From positions 69,750,001 to 69,814,000 of the forward strand of contig NW_026262679.1 of assembly GCF_021869535.1 (NCBI RefSeq): 64,000 bases of DNA, in the 5' to 3' direction. The translations under genes and the position numbers were made by a program. Source of the DNA: Mytilus californianus. Its lineage: Eukaryota. Below, in pieces: positions 37,688 through 50,300 of this stretch (its first letter is position 1; every line of letters starts with the position of its first letter). The notes under the pieces were generated by a model. That model saw only the letters and a program-made list of their open reading frames with translations, was not told the origin of the DNA and ran no database searches.

Positions 37688-37696
37688 TTTATATAA
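37688..37696 (-). promoter_or_regulatory. Candidate TATA box of the Fer2-like gene
   Basis: Minus strand reads CTTATATAAAG about 140 nt upstream of the ATG at 37552. Confidence 0.45.
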
Positions 37697-39182
37697 GACT
37701 GGGATGGACAATTATTAATTCTAAGATTTAAGATTTTCATATTTATATACTATTTTAATTACATGCCAATCGAGATGTCATTTTCAAATGCTGGAACTAA
37801 TTAAATAGTTGATGACAGTCATTTTGTTCACGTCCGATGTCGCGCTCCGAGAGTCCGGGATCCACATTGACTATAAGCATAACAATATTGTCATATCGAA
37901 ACTTCTACAAAACAATTATAGACAAGAGACACTTGAACAACGGTGTCCAGCAGCGAGCTGCAGCGCGAACCATTTACTGTTATTCTGCCGCAGGCATCAA
38001 CGAGGATATACCAATCAATATTCGCCCCTGAAGACACAAACACAATAATTGTTGCGTAAATAAGAGAAAATATTTGTATTAAAAGAACTTATTATTTATT
38101 TGAACAAGCAATTAGTCAAAAAAGTCATTATCTTTAGTACTTTTAAGTACGTTAACCAACGTCCTATTTTCTTTGGACTTTTAAAAATCTGCCGTCAAGT
38201 GCACCATGTCAGTTGTAAATCAATCTTATGTTTGGCATTCTTAACTTTCTTCATTCATTTTACTTTCGATATTGTAATGTATCGATTGTATTAAAGTTGT
38301 TTGTTATTCGAATTTTTATTGGTTTTTTTTATTTTTAAAGATGAATCTATTTATATGCGATTACATGGTTCGAAAAATAAAAAAAAATAATTAGCATAAA
38401 AATTATGAATTACCTCAATTTTTTTCAAAAAATATTTAATTTTATGAGGAACTTTCGAATCATTAATATTAATCTTGATTTATATAGAATAAGATATTAA
38501 AATAGTTATCCGGTATCAAATAGTTCAGGAAAAAGAAAATATATAGATATAAGAAGATGTGGTATGAGTGCCAATGAGACAACCCTCCATCCAAGTCACA
38601 ATTTGTAAAAGTAAACCATTATAGGTCAAAGTACGGCCTTCAATACCCTTTTTCAGACACAAAGAGATACTCAGTGTTCTTTCTGTTCAATAGGATGATA
38701 TCTTGTTTATGATTTACAACTAATAAAATAGTTTATATTTTGAAGAATTATTTACATCAAAGTAAAGAAAAAAGTCATGACAGGCATTGAATTTAGCGTT
38801 ATTTCTTTACAGTAATTTCCACAAGATTCTTTTAATCGACAGTTCGTTATCACCCTTGCCATTTCAAATCACGGTCCGCCATATTATTTTCAAAAAATGT
38901 CGAATCTTGAAATTGCAAAATGGAATAAAAGTTACTAATTTAAACCACCCACTTCATAAGAAAAAATCAAAATAAACAATACTTATGGAGCAACATATTG
39001 AAAGATGCAATCTTGATAATGTCATACAAGAATATATTGAAACATTTTTTGATAGGTGGTGTAATATCTGGTCTCTCCTGTTACCATGTTCAAAATTATT
39101 TTGGGGTTATTTAGAAAAGGTTTCGATAAAATTTTACAGCTCTTCTATAAAAGCATGCAAAGCAAACCTTTGATCAACTTGC

Positions 39183-40112
39183 TAGCCTGGGGTCCTGGCT
39201 AATCTGTCAGTAATCTGTCAGTATAGCCAGGCGTGTATCAATGTCCTGCCTGTCAATGATTGGTTAATACTAATTTTGTCGCGCAATGTTTGTTTTACAT
39301 CTGTATCCAATCAATTTTTGTTTAACATCAATTAGTAAAAATTAGACTGTATTTATTTTTCTTTATGAATTGATGTACAGTGTTATCATATCTAATTATT
39401 AGTGTGATGATAATTAGTAAGCAGAAAAGGGTTAATTCTTATCAGTAATCAACTGGTGAGAAAGTTAAAAGTTTAAGATTTCACATGACCAAGGTGTGAA
39501 TTGGATTTTACTTTTACGACCTAATTTACATGTACACATGTATCTCAAAGGGCAAAATATATATGGAAAAAAACATAAAAAGTAAAGGCCAACAAAAATT
39601 GCAGTTATTTTTTTTTTGGGAGAGGGGTTACATTTCAAATGATGTGTACATGTGCGAAGATACACCATCGTACATCTATTTTAAATTATAATTACATTAG
39701 ACAATTACAATATTTATTAAATTTGATTTTTATAAATAAAGAGTTGTTTCGTTGACTCTTACCCCATATAATCCTTCCTGATAAAATATATATTAAATGT
39801 ACAACATTTTTCAAAGTTTCTTTTGATTACACATACTAGTATTTATTTATACTGTTTAATATATATTTATTTTATTATATTACTGACAATGGGGACTCGT
39901 CAATCTGAGAGCAAAATGTATTGAATCAGAAGCAATGTTTCTTAATCATTGGTTTGAAATCTCTGGTTTACATCAAACATCAAAATTTATGCAAATATTT
40001 ATTCAGCCTCACTTTAGATTCAGAGTCAACTGGCACTGAATCGATCACGTGGTATTTGTTCCCCACCTGGCCCTTGCGACGCGCAGCTAGATCGGGCCGG
40101 GATGTCAGGCTA
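39183..40112. mobile_element. Non-autonomous Academ(H)-like transposon (TAG...CTA termini, 9-bp TSD)
   Basis: TAGCCTG ... CAGGCTA; TCAACTTGC duplicated at 39174-39182 and 40113-40121. Confidence 0.8.
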
Positions 40113-43100
40113 TCAACTTGCTTGCTATGTTTGCTTGGATGTTTGCAAACAATAGGTAGGCGGAGTTTCAGTCTGTTTTATATATACGAGGATTTGATTG
40201 GACAATAAAAATTGACATGCAATGAAGTTAATGTTTATTGTCCAATCAAATTCCATTATATAGTAAACAGACTGAAACAGACTACCTATTTTTTGTTTAC
40301 AAACATCCAAAAAAACATAGCAAGCAAGTTGATCAAAGGTTTGCTTTGCATGCTTTTATAGAAGAGCTGTAAGCTTGTTTTTTTATTGCCAATAAGATGG
40401 TTATCAAGAGTGAAAACTTCTATATATTCATTCTGTGTAATGATAGATTATTTGTCAATTTTCCATGTTGTACTGAAAAATACCTCTAAAATTGGTTTTC
40501 AAAGGTTATAAAAATAACCACCAGCAACGTAAGTCAACGATAGCAATTCATAATGTTCAGCATTGTTTCTCTTTCTACTAAACACAACATCAAGTAATTC
40601 CCTTGCTTGTTGGTTTACTTTTGTCGTTTTGTTTTTGTATTGCACAAAGTATTCACATAAAGCACCTAAATCATTAACTTTGACTTTAATACCGAAGTAA
40701 AAGGAAGATTTTAATCTAAGATTAAAATTGATCAAATTTTATCGATTTGTATAAGAAAAAGTAAAATTGACTTCTTTTTTTATCCAAGAGCCTTATTGGC
40801 ATTCAGAAACGCTTTTTAAGCCTTTGTGATCTTTGGGACACGGTAAACTTTGTTAAGACGAGTCCATATCGTAACACCAAAGTTAGTGAGTAAATCTGTT
40901 AACAAATTGTGTCATTTCGACTTTGTAAGTTGAAAAAATGAAAGAAAGCTTGATTCTTCAGTAATGATAAAATATTTTGACACTAGGCAGATAGAAATTA
41001 TTCAGTCACATTCTGGCATAAAACATTACGTCTCCAATCGGCCTGAACACCTATATACATCCCGCTCAACCGAACGGATGTCCCAATCTTCTGACAGGCT
41101 GGAGATTATATTTTTTATATCCCAGGGAACTTCCATGGTCATTTAAAAAAAGAATATTCATTACGGACAATAATTTTGCATTACGAAAAAAATTAACGAA
41201 TTCGACATGATCATGAGAATGGGAACAAATAGAATGTTGCTGATGTCAAGAACGTTTTCTTTTGAGAGATCGTGCTCTGATAACTTAGAAAATATTGATT
41301 GATTCGATCAATGTTATTCTAACATCCGATGTAAAGGCTACACGCATGTATATTCAAGCTAAGAACAGAAAGATGGAAAGGGATGTGACCGGACTAATGG
41401 CATCTAATTTTGAAAGACAAAGAAACAATAGTGGAAGTTCGACGGGATCGTATATTTTGCCTTGCTAAAGATTTATTTTTATAGGAACTTTCTTGTTATT
41501 GCTACCTGGTCTCAGCTACCTGGTCTCAGCTACCTGGCATTTATCTTTATTATCTTACTACGCAATTCTAACTCGACAATTTCAATAAACATATACTACT
41601 TTATAATAGTATTTCATTTCAGATATATCATCAAATAGAAGAAATATCAAACCAACCAGTCAACAAGATAATATACACATCAAAACTCCGTTGCTTATCT
41701 TCATTTGTATGCGAAAATTATATCATGGATCTTCTGACCCATATTGATATTTTGTTTTCGAATAGTGATCAAATGTACAACGTAACCATTTCTCGTAATA
41801 TTCAAATATCATCCCGGCTTATGTTTCTTGTAATGAACATATGTACTCTAACTATAGTGGTCAACATACCCTAGATTTAATATTTCAGTTCTTTGATTCA
41901 GAAAGTCTTAATCCTACAAAGACCGCTACACGAATTATAAGATTTGTGTCATAAGATTTTTGTTTTATGTGACACTCTTGCACACACGCAAAGATGAATC
42001 TTTCAAAGATTGTAAACAAAGGATAATATTAACATTATTGTTGCCTTTATTTAACATTGCTAATTCTTTTCCCTTTCAATTGTTGTTAGTTAACAATGGA
42101 AGTAGTTAACGTAATCTTTATTATTTTTCTTTCTGAAATGAAGTTATTCAAAAAGGGCAAGAATAAAAAACATGTTAGACAAGAACTGGGTCAAACGGTG
42201 TAATATAATACTTCGTTTATCATGCAATATTGGATGAGTTGAGAAGGACAATCTATATGGCTTTGAAATTGTTTATGATATTTGTATCTTCTCTTTCCTC
42301 CCCTTTTAACATCTTCGTTTGTGAATTCACCCATTTTTGGACGAACCACATCCATTCATTTGCATTTGATATTGTACACGTGTATACAATTGAACCCATA
42401 ATGGAACAATGTGATTGGACGAAGCTAAAATTTCAACTAAGATAAAACATTGCTCAATCCTCAATACAATCTAATAAGATTCTAAAAAATAGATTATTCA
42501 CTGTTTTGAAAAATGTATACACAGTGAAATTTTGTACTATAGTTCAAGTCGTATACCGGCATTAAGGTATAGCACGTTTTAGAACCATCGAATTGTGTCC
42601 GTCTAGAAGTAAAACACTGTGTTGGCATTTAAGTGCAAGTAAAATTAGGACTTTCTATTCACGTCCTTTGTTTAAAATTTACATCAACTATGAATACAAA
42701 AATGTGTGGAGTATACACCAATGGTACAGCAACCAAACGACACACAAACCTACAGACATCAACACAAGTGATTCGAGTTAGACATTATAAGTCCGTGGCA
42801 AGTTAGAATATATAAGTACGTACGGAACCGCTTCTCATAAGCTTTAAATCGTCTCGGGTCTAAACTAGGCAGTAAACTTGGCCAATGGGACTATATAGAA
42901 ACGATCAAATGTCTTACAGCAACGCTAGAGTCTTAAATAAACAAAGTATATGAAAAGGTAGCGACAACCGCACATGGATGTTGTTTACATATTCATCTTT
43001 TCTAAATACTTTAAAAGATAAGGAAATATCAAATGATTTAATAAATACATTCAGTAAATATAGGTAAAATACATATAACAGGATAAATACATTAGAGTTG

Positions 43101-43154
43101 CCATATCAGATATCTTTTTACCAGAGAATTTCTTAATGTCTTAGGATTAAGATG

Positions 43155-45451
43155 TTATGTAATCTGTTGTATCAGATGTTTATACTCGTCTTGTAAAGAT
43201 GCAGACATAACTCGCATACGATCAAATAAAATATAATCACGAAGGTGTCTTGATAGTCTCGAATTCACTAAACAAAGAGTAGCAGGATTTGGCATCGTTC
43301 TGTTAGGAACTTCACTTCCGGTTAAGCCAATGGCGGTATAGACTTCACAAATCAATACACCCAAGGGTTTGAAAATTTCCTCAACCTTTCCTGCAATGGC
43401 TGATGTACTACGATGCAAATTTTCATCTACCTCAATTCGTTGGAGTACTGAGTTCATTTCAGTTATTATGTGGAAGTGGTTAGTTAATTTCTCGTGTATC
43501 TGAAATAAGTTCGTATTTGAGGTAAAATTCATACAACCGTTGACATTATTTTTCTAACGACTGTTCATATAAAAAAAAAAGACAAAATAAAATTCGATAA
43601 ATTATATAATTTTTTTATTGAATACATCTAAGGCAGGATTGGTTTTATTTGGTTGTATATTGTAAGGTTGTTTTTTGCTTATCTGGCTCATAAGATCAGT
43701 TTTAACTGTTATAACCAATTTTTGTTCTTCGTATTTTTTTCATGAAAAAATAAGTCTTTTTATAATCAGTTTTCCGTAATGGTATGTGTTTTTGTTGACA
43801 TGGTGTTCGTAACATTGACAAAACCAAAATAGAGGAACAACATAACTTTTTACAATTTCATCTGTCGAGGAACAGCTAATGCTGACCGAATGTCCAGGAA
43901 CCTGGGAATAGATTTCGATTATCCTCCTTCCAAATAGCAGCTGCTGCTTATAAAAGTAAAACTAAAGTCGGGTTGAAGATTAGACTTGAACAGTAATATT
44001 TAACAGAGTTATATTGTTAATTTTAGTAGAATGCTGCCTATATGTTTAACTCTTTAACATCCAATACATACACCCGACATTTAAAGTGATCACTATACCA
44101 AATAACATTATTTCCAAATATGACCTTCTTGGTAATTCATTTAAATCTTCGCTTTCAAAACAATTAAGCTAAGCTAAATCTGTATTATTTTCAATTTGTT
44201 TCTTTCAACATAAGAACATTTGTTTTTGCAGGCCAAATACTATGGCTGTTTTTCCTTTTTCAAATTTAACATATATATATTGATCTTGTCCCCCAAAAAA
44301 GTCTATGTTGTTGAGACGTTTATTTAGTTTGATAATTATTTCTTATTCTTCCTACAAGAACAGATAACAAAATTTAGAACTTTAAAAAGTTTTGAAAGTA
44401 TTTATTTATGCAAACGAATCAATATCTGAACAAGATTTGACAGGAATTTGTCCTAATGTCCTAACCAGTGATGTTTTTGACTATTTTTCTTTTTTATCGT
44501 TTTTTTTTCTGTCTAAAAATTCCACCTATCTACACAAGTTGGGGGAAGATAAATGAAAATAGAAGGCGTCTTATTCAAATTATCATTGATATTGTTTTAA
44601 TCCAAGATATTAAACGATTTTTTTTTCAAGTCCGTATAACATCGATATGCCAAACTAAAATATAAGCAATACAAAATAGCTATACTTACGGTTAATGAGT
44701 TTCTATAATCTAGACTGTCGACTTGAATAAAATTCATACAACGAGGATAATTTCTTAAATGCTGTAGACCATACAACACATGACTTCTTCTTTCCTATAC
44801 GATGAAAATTACAAGTACAGTTGAGAATTCTTTGACAAAAATAAGAACATATATTTGATAGATGTGAAAAAAACTAAAGAACTATTTAATATCGGTATAA
44901 AAATAGGTACCATTCAAACAAAACTCGCCGTTGCTTACAGCATGCTCGAAGTACTTAACCTGCTGATATATATAGGAATCGTGTCTTATTACACTTTAAT
45001 ATAAGCCACTGAGTTTAAACAGCAGTGCAGAAATACCCTATTTTTCACAATGTCATAACACACAAACTCATTCGCCATCACCTTTTCCAGTTTTTTGTTG
45101 TGTTTTCGGATTAAATAATTTAAAAACTACGCAATTAATTATTCAATGGTGAATGGTCTTGTTAGATTAAAAAGATGATGTGTTATTCCTACAATATACA
45201 TTCAATTTGAAGAACAAGATTGAAGCAAACTAAATGATAAACTCTACCTACAATAAACATATCAAGGAGTTCAGTTGTAAGTGAATTAATTGTCCCAGCT
45301 TTCTTTTGACAGTTTGTCAACACAACACGTAGGCGATCGTCGTCATCTATCGGTTGGAATGGTTCCGAAGGCATTGATACCTGCAAACGACTGCTACCGC
45401 CACAAACATGTCGGTTCGCAGTGGCGAGTACCATCTGAATAATTACTATAT
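43155..45451 (-). CDS. Uncharacterised, probably secreted protein; candidate long-chain four-helix cytokine (IL-6/LIF/CNTF/Upd-like). Exons 45252-45451, 44690-44761, 43155-43499; first coding exon unresolved
   Basis: Acceptors TATTTTGTAG (45452-3), TCTACAG (44762-3), TTATTTCAG (43500-1); donors ATT|GTAGGT and ACC|GTAAGT. Phases 1/0/0 give one frame: xIVIIQMVLATA-NRHVCGGSSRLQVSMPSEPFQPIDDDDRLRVVLTNCQKKAGTINSLTTELLDMFI | HLRNYPRCMNFIQVDSLDYRNSLT | IHEKLTNHFHIITEMNSVLQRIE...SAIAGKVEEIFKPLGVLICEVYTAIG...SRLSRHLRDYILFDRMRVMSASLQDEYKHLIQQIT*. The gene model is well supported; the family call is inference. Confidence 0.75.
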
Positions 45452-45599
45452 CTACAAAATAGAGATTATCGTTACAAGCGAGAGTCAGGATTAACCCGAT
45501 ACATCAGTAATACCGAAATACTAGTATCTAAATGAGTTATCGGCATTTCCATGATAAAGAATATTTTTACAAACTTAGGTCAAAAGTGTTTCACCTATC

Positions 45600-45610
45600 G
45601 GAAATTCCCC
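45600..45610 (-). promoter_or_regulatory. NF-kB/Rel consensus site GGGGAATTTCC
   Basis: Perfect GGGRNWYYCC match about 150 nt upstream of exon 45252-45451 of the cytokine-like gene. Confidence 0.5.
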
Positions 45611-47130
45611 TATTGTAATTACATTCATTACATGTATGTTTCATTAGAATCCGTGATTTTAATTGGCTGACAACAATCGCGAGGCACTCAAATATCATAT
45701 TTTATTTCCGTATAAAACACAACAGCTATGACTGCAAGTGCTATCCGTGACAATGTTAAAATAATACATTGAAAACATACGAAAACTACATATAACTCTT
45801 AATTTTTCATGGTTGTATCATAAAAATGTATAATCATAAGAATTGAATGCTTCTTTTTATAATTCTATAGGGTTGTAAAAGCGTTGATCATGCGCACATT
45901 TTCAATATGAAGCTCTTCCGCGCTTCATACAAAATGTGCTTCAGTCAACGCTTTTACAACACAATAAAAATATAAAAAGAACCATTCAATTCTTAAACGA
46001 TTTTTGATTGCTTCCTGAAGTGATGAAACATGACTAGCGAATTTGACATGAATTCATTTACAAGTTTTGCTCTAAATAGAATATTTTGTCAAAAACAGAA
46101 GGCAAAATATGCTTTTTTTTTGGCTCGCTTGCTATTTATTATTCATGTAAACGTTTTATTCAAAAGAATAACTAAAACAATGCACAGCAATGAAAGTCCA
46201 AAATACCAATATAAAACAAAAGAAATACCTAAGATTATAGTCTCTAGATTATAGTATATAGTATCAAATACTTCATGTAGATATGTAGATTTCTTTGTAA
46301 AACAAAAATACAACATTGAACGATATTTTTGTAGGTTTTCCTTTATTTATATACATAAAAAGTAGAGCTTTTCCGATAAGTATAAATATTGCATCTTTTC
46401 CTATATTGCATTTTAATTTTTTTTTCTTCGCGTTTGATACGCACTAGACAGGTTTTGAGTGAAACGATATTTGCAAGAAAGCAAAGGAGAGATGCACAAG
46501 ATGGTGAAAATGGACAATGAGTGCTTACTGCAGAGCTGCAGGATTTGGACGAAGTTATACCAATGTTGCTGAAATATTTTGTACTATATTATTAACGGGT
46601 TTTAAGACATTATTTGATGTTTAACTGACTTTTTTTTCGAAAATTTATTAAAACTGTAGGATGAATTAAATCTATGAAGGAAACGATCATGTTTTATCAC
46701 ATGGGCTCTAGCTTATGTGTCGAACACTCTGTTAAACCACAGCCTTCTTTCTAAAAATGTCTTAATCGAATCAGGAATATGACTGTTATTTAGATGTCTT
46801 ATTTGATTCTTTGTATATTACGATAATGTGATATGATTGCCAATTAGACTACTATTCAACAGAAAACGAAGGACGTGAATGTACTCAACTACGGGTCATC
46901 ATATATGGCCTTCAACAATGAGCAAAAACCATAACGTATAATTAGCTATCCAAATGTACTGGCATGACAAAATGTGAAACAATAGAAACAGGAAAACCAC
47001 CTGCATGATTGAAGTTAAAACAAAAAACGAAAAGCAAATATGGTAGACAGCAACCAACGATAACCACTGAACTACAGGATTCCGACTTTCGAATGGCACA
47101 TTAATAATGTTGAGGGGTTAAACAGCCTAA

Positions 47131-47341
47131 GGGCCTCATTTACCGAGTGTTCTAAGTTGTTCGGTTACATTGATCACTAGCCTGTCATCACTGAGGTTGT
47201 GTGTTCAAATCCCGGATTCCAGTTTTCCAGGTCGGTGGTTCTCTACGGGTACTCCAGCTTCTTCCACCGATAAAAACTGGCTGCCATGATATAACGCCAA
47301 GAGTGCAAAAAGTTGCGTTAAACACCAACAATCAATTAATC
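47131..47341 (+). mobile_element. tRNA-derived SINE (degenerate, internally deleted)
   Basis: A-box-like ACCGAGTGTTCTAAG, B-box-like GTTCAAATCCC, conserved-core-like body, CAAT-rich tail. Confidence 0.65.
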
Positions 47342-50300
47342 ATAAACAGTTTTAGAAAAGCATGATATTGTACAATAACAAAATATAAGTATCTACAAGA
47401 CGTAGGACCATAAGTGTTCATAACTGTATAAATATTAAAATTTAGATATTTTTAAATTTATTACTAACAAAGTGTGGGCACAGATCAGCGACTCAGTGGA
47501 TAGTAATTGTTAAATTTGTGTTATTATGTTTGACAGTGTTATCATCACCGAGTTTATGTATTGGTCGTGCCCCTCCAGATGTTGATGAGCTATTTCTTTG
47601 TCTTTCATGGAGGATTCTATGTAAAACTGTGTTCAACTGTGACGGTCATCTTGCCTTCTGAGATAAGAAGCAAAGCTCAAAATTGGCGTTGTGCATGGTT
47701 CGACATAAGTTTGTTTTTAAAACAACTTGCCCTTTTTGCAAGTGACCACTTGTCTGAAAGAGACAACTTTCTGAAATTTTGTACTTGCTTATGAAATTTC
47801 TATACTGCCATTTATACAGACGTAAAATGATGTAAAATTAGCTCTATGTTTTTCTGCCGAAAAATTTCCTATATAGATGTTATTTGGGAATATTAAATGT
47901 TCTCCATCCGAAGAAAATGCTGGGAACAAGACTATTTTCCAAGGTCCATGTGCTTTACCTGGGATATACAATGTATACTGATGTGTCTCTTGTATATTTT
48001 CACCCATAGAAACCCTTTCCTTAAATAAAGTAGAACTATACTTTTATTGTTTATCTGAAAGGAAATGTTTTCTGCCAGACTCCCAAGGCTTGGTTGAAAT
48101 TAAATAAAATATTTTTGTTTTCACATAATATAACATTAATTCTGATGAAATGGTAATTCAATTTATTTGTTCATGATTATTGGTTTCTAGGAGAGAGAAA
48201 AAGAAATGGCTTATTATGTGAAACATAACAATTTAATATCCTGAATATAGTATTTGACTGAATTTGAAATGGAAAAAAAGTAATGCAGAATCAATTTTGA
48301 TTAAAAATTTCGTTCTGTAGGGGAAGATATAAATAGTGAACCTTGAAGCAAAATGTTGTTGAAAATAGGAGCATTCAGTTTTTACATCATAAAATAAGAA
48401 TAGAGCGCCGCTGTTAGTACCACAAAGTTAGATTTAACAAATGAATTAAACAATGTACTTTAATTATAGAAGTCAGTTAGGCCTTGTGAGTTTCGTCCCT
48501 TTACATAATAATGATGTATAAATGAATGACCATTTGTACTTGGGACTCTTCATTGCTAACACAACAATGCTACTACCGATAAAGACAATATGTAAGATAT
48601 CATTACAATTGATAACAGTGAAGAAAAAGTTTTTTTTAAAGAATTATCTAAATTTACCAGCTCTATCAATAGCATCATCGAAAAATTTAGGATATTATAT
48701 CCCGTATGTATTAAGGTTTCTACGTGTACAGCCAAACTTCCAAACCAAATCTTTGAACATATGAAATAATTCAGTAAAGGTTTCGAGTAATTTGTACTAG
48801 CAAAATCCCCGAAGTATTCATTTACTATGTATATATACTAAGTAGATTACGTACATTGACATCTAAAACGTCAATATGCAGACTACAGACAAGGATATAC
48901 CGCGAACGAGAAAGGAAACACTCGTAAACACAACGGAGATGAGGCAAAAGGAAAGTCACCGTTTAAAATCAAAGTACTGAAGTACTGAACATCGGACGAC
49001 CGCAAGTTCTTGTGGATGATCACAAGCACTTCTCTCAGAAAGTAAATCACATCTCTATACCTGAAAGTGAGGTTAATGTACAGAATTTTTTTTCTGAGAC
49101 AAGTTCGTGAGTGGATTAAGAAAAAATTCATGGAAGCCATAGATTTGTTGGCAATTTACACATGGCCTGGGCCGTGATATTCGAATTTTATCCTGAGCGT
49201 TAGCTTTTATTTCTTAAATAACCGCTAGAAAAAAATGTGTTTAATTCTTTAAAATCTCAACTCCAACATTAGCCATTTTTTATTTGCATTTTTTTTCTCG
49301 TAATTAAGCTACCGCCAAATCCACAGTTGACATTTCGTAACTATGGAGCCGCCATGTTGACTTGCCGAAATCAGTAAATGTGCGAATAATGCAATAGAAT
49401 AGAAAATAAAACAAAACCTGCCTCAAACTCCATTTTAATGCAATATTATCCGAATTTGGATGATTCACGTAACAGAAAAACCTTCAGCTTTAGCGTTTTC
49501 ATTCGTATGACGTCATGTTTTGAAATGACCTTAATGCGTCAAAATCATTAATGGACTTTCGCGGAATTCTATTTTATTTTGATTTTGTACATTTCTCCGA
49601 GCTCTAATGCATTAATTATTTTTGTTATGCATCAGAATAAGAATAAAGGTTCTGTAGGTTTTTTTTTCAATTGCAATTTTAGACACAGCGAAATCGGCAT
49701 AGCGTTTGCACATAGGTTACGACACATGTGGATTTACGTCGGAGGTATATTGTAACAGCCATTATTATATAATTAAATTTCGGATGTAACGCGTCTTCTG
49801 ATTGGCTGACGTTGTTTTGTTTATCAGCTCATAGACATAATTTTGTCATGTGACCGTGACGTCATCAACGTTTTTTCATGGTTTAGTCCGGTTTAAAATG
49901 GAATTTAGAATTTAATTATGAGAAATGACTGTAATATTTTTTCTGTCTATTCGAAATAACATAAAAAATGTACTGCACACTTTAAAATAACCCGCTACGC
50001 GGGTTATTCAGTGTGCACCACATTTTGATGTTATTTCTTCATAGACAGAAAAAATATTACAGTCATTCCTTAAGTACATCTGAGTCTGCGCTAAGTATAG
50101 ATATATCGAGAATTTCATTACGGTGTTGTTTACAACGCGAAAGAAGCACGTCATATTAGAATGATGAATAAATGACAGGGAATTCAACCTCACCGTAATA
50201 ACTATAATATTGTAGTAATATTATATTAATATTTGTATATAACAGTTACATGTATTATATAATTTTCATCCATTTGTTTATCATTATATTTTACTATTCT

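Noticed and set aside
45435-45436. Alternative acceptor ATTCAG|ATG making MVLATA the exon start
   Set aside because: The upstream TATTTTGTAG acceptor has a better pyrimidine tract and restores the hydrophobic signal core; kept only as a possible minor site.
47131-47215. Possible tRNA gene
   Set aside because: Degenerate A/B boxes, no clean cloverleaf, continues into SINE body.
47480-47640. Minus-strand frame with VLHRILHE (LxxLL-like)
   Set aside because: No start, no usable donor, no link to neighbouring exons.
48883-49140. 85-aa minus-strand ORF
   Set aside because: No recognisable motif and it ends in a stop before any donor; more likely untranslated.
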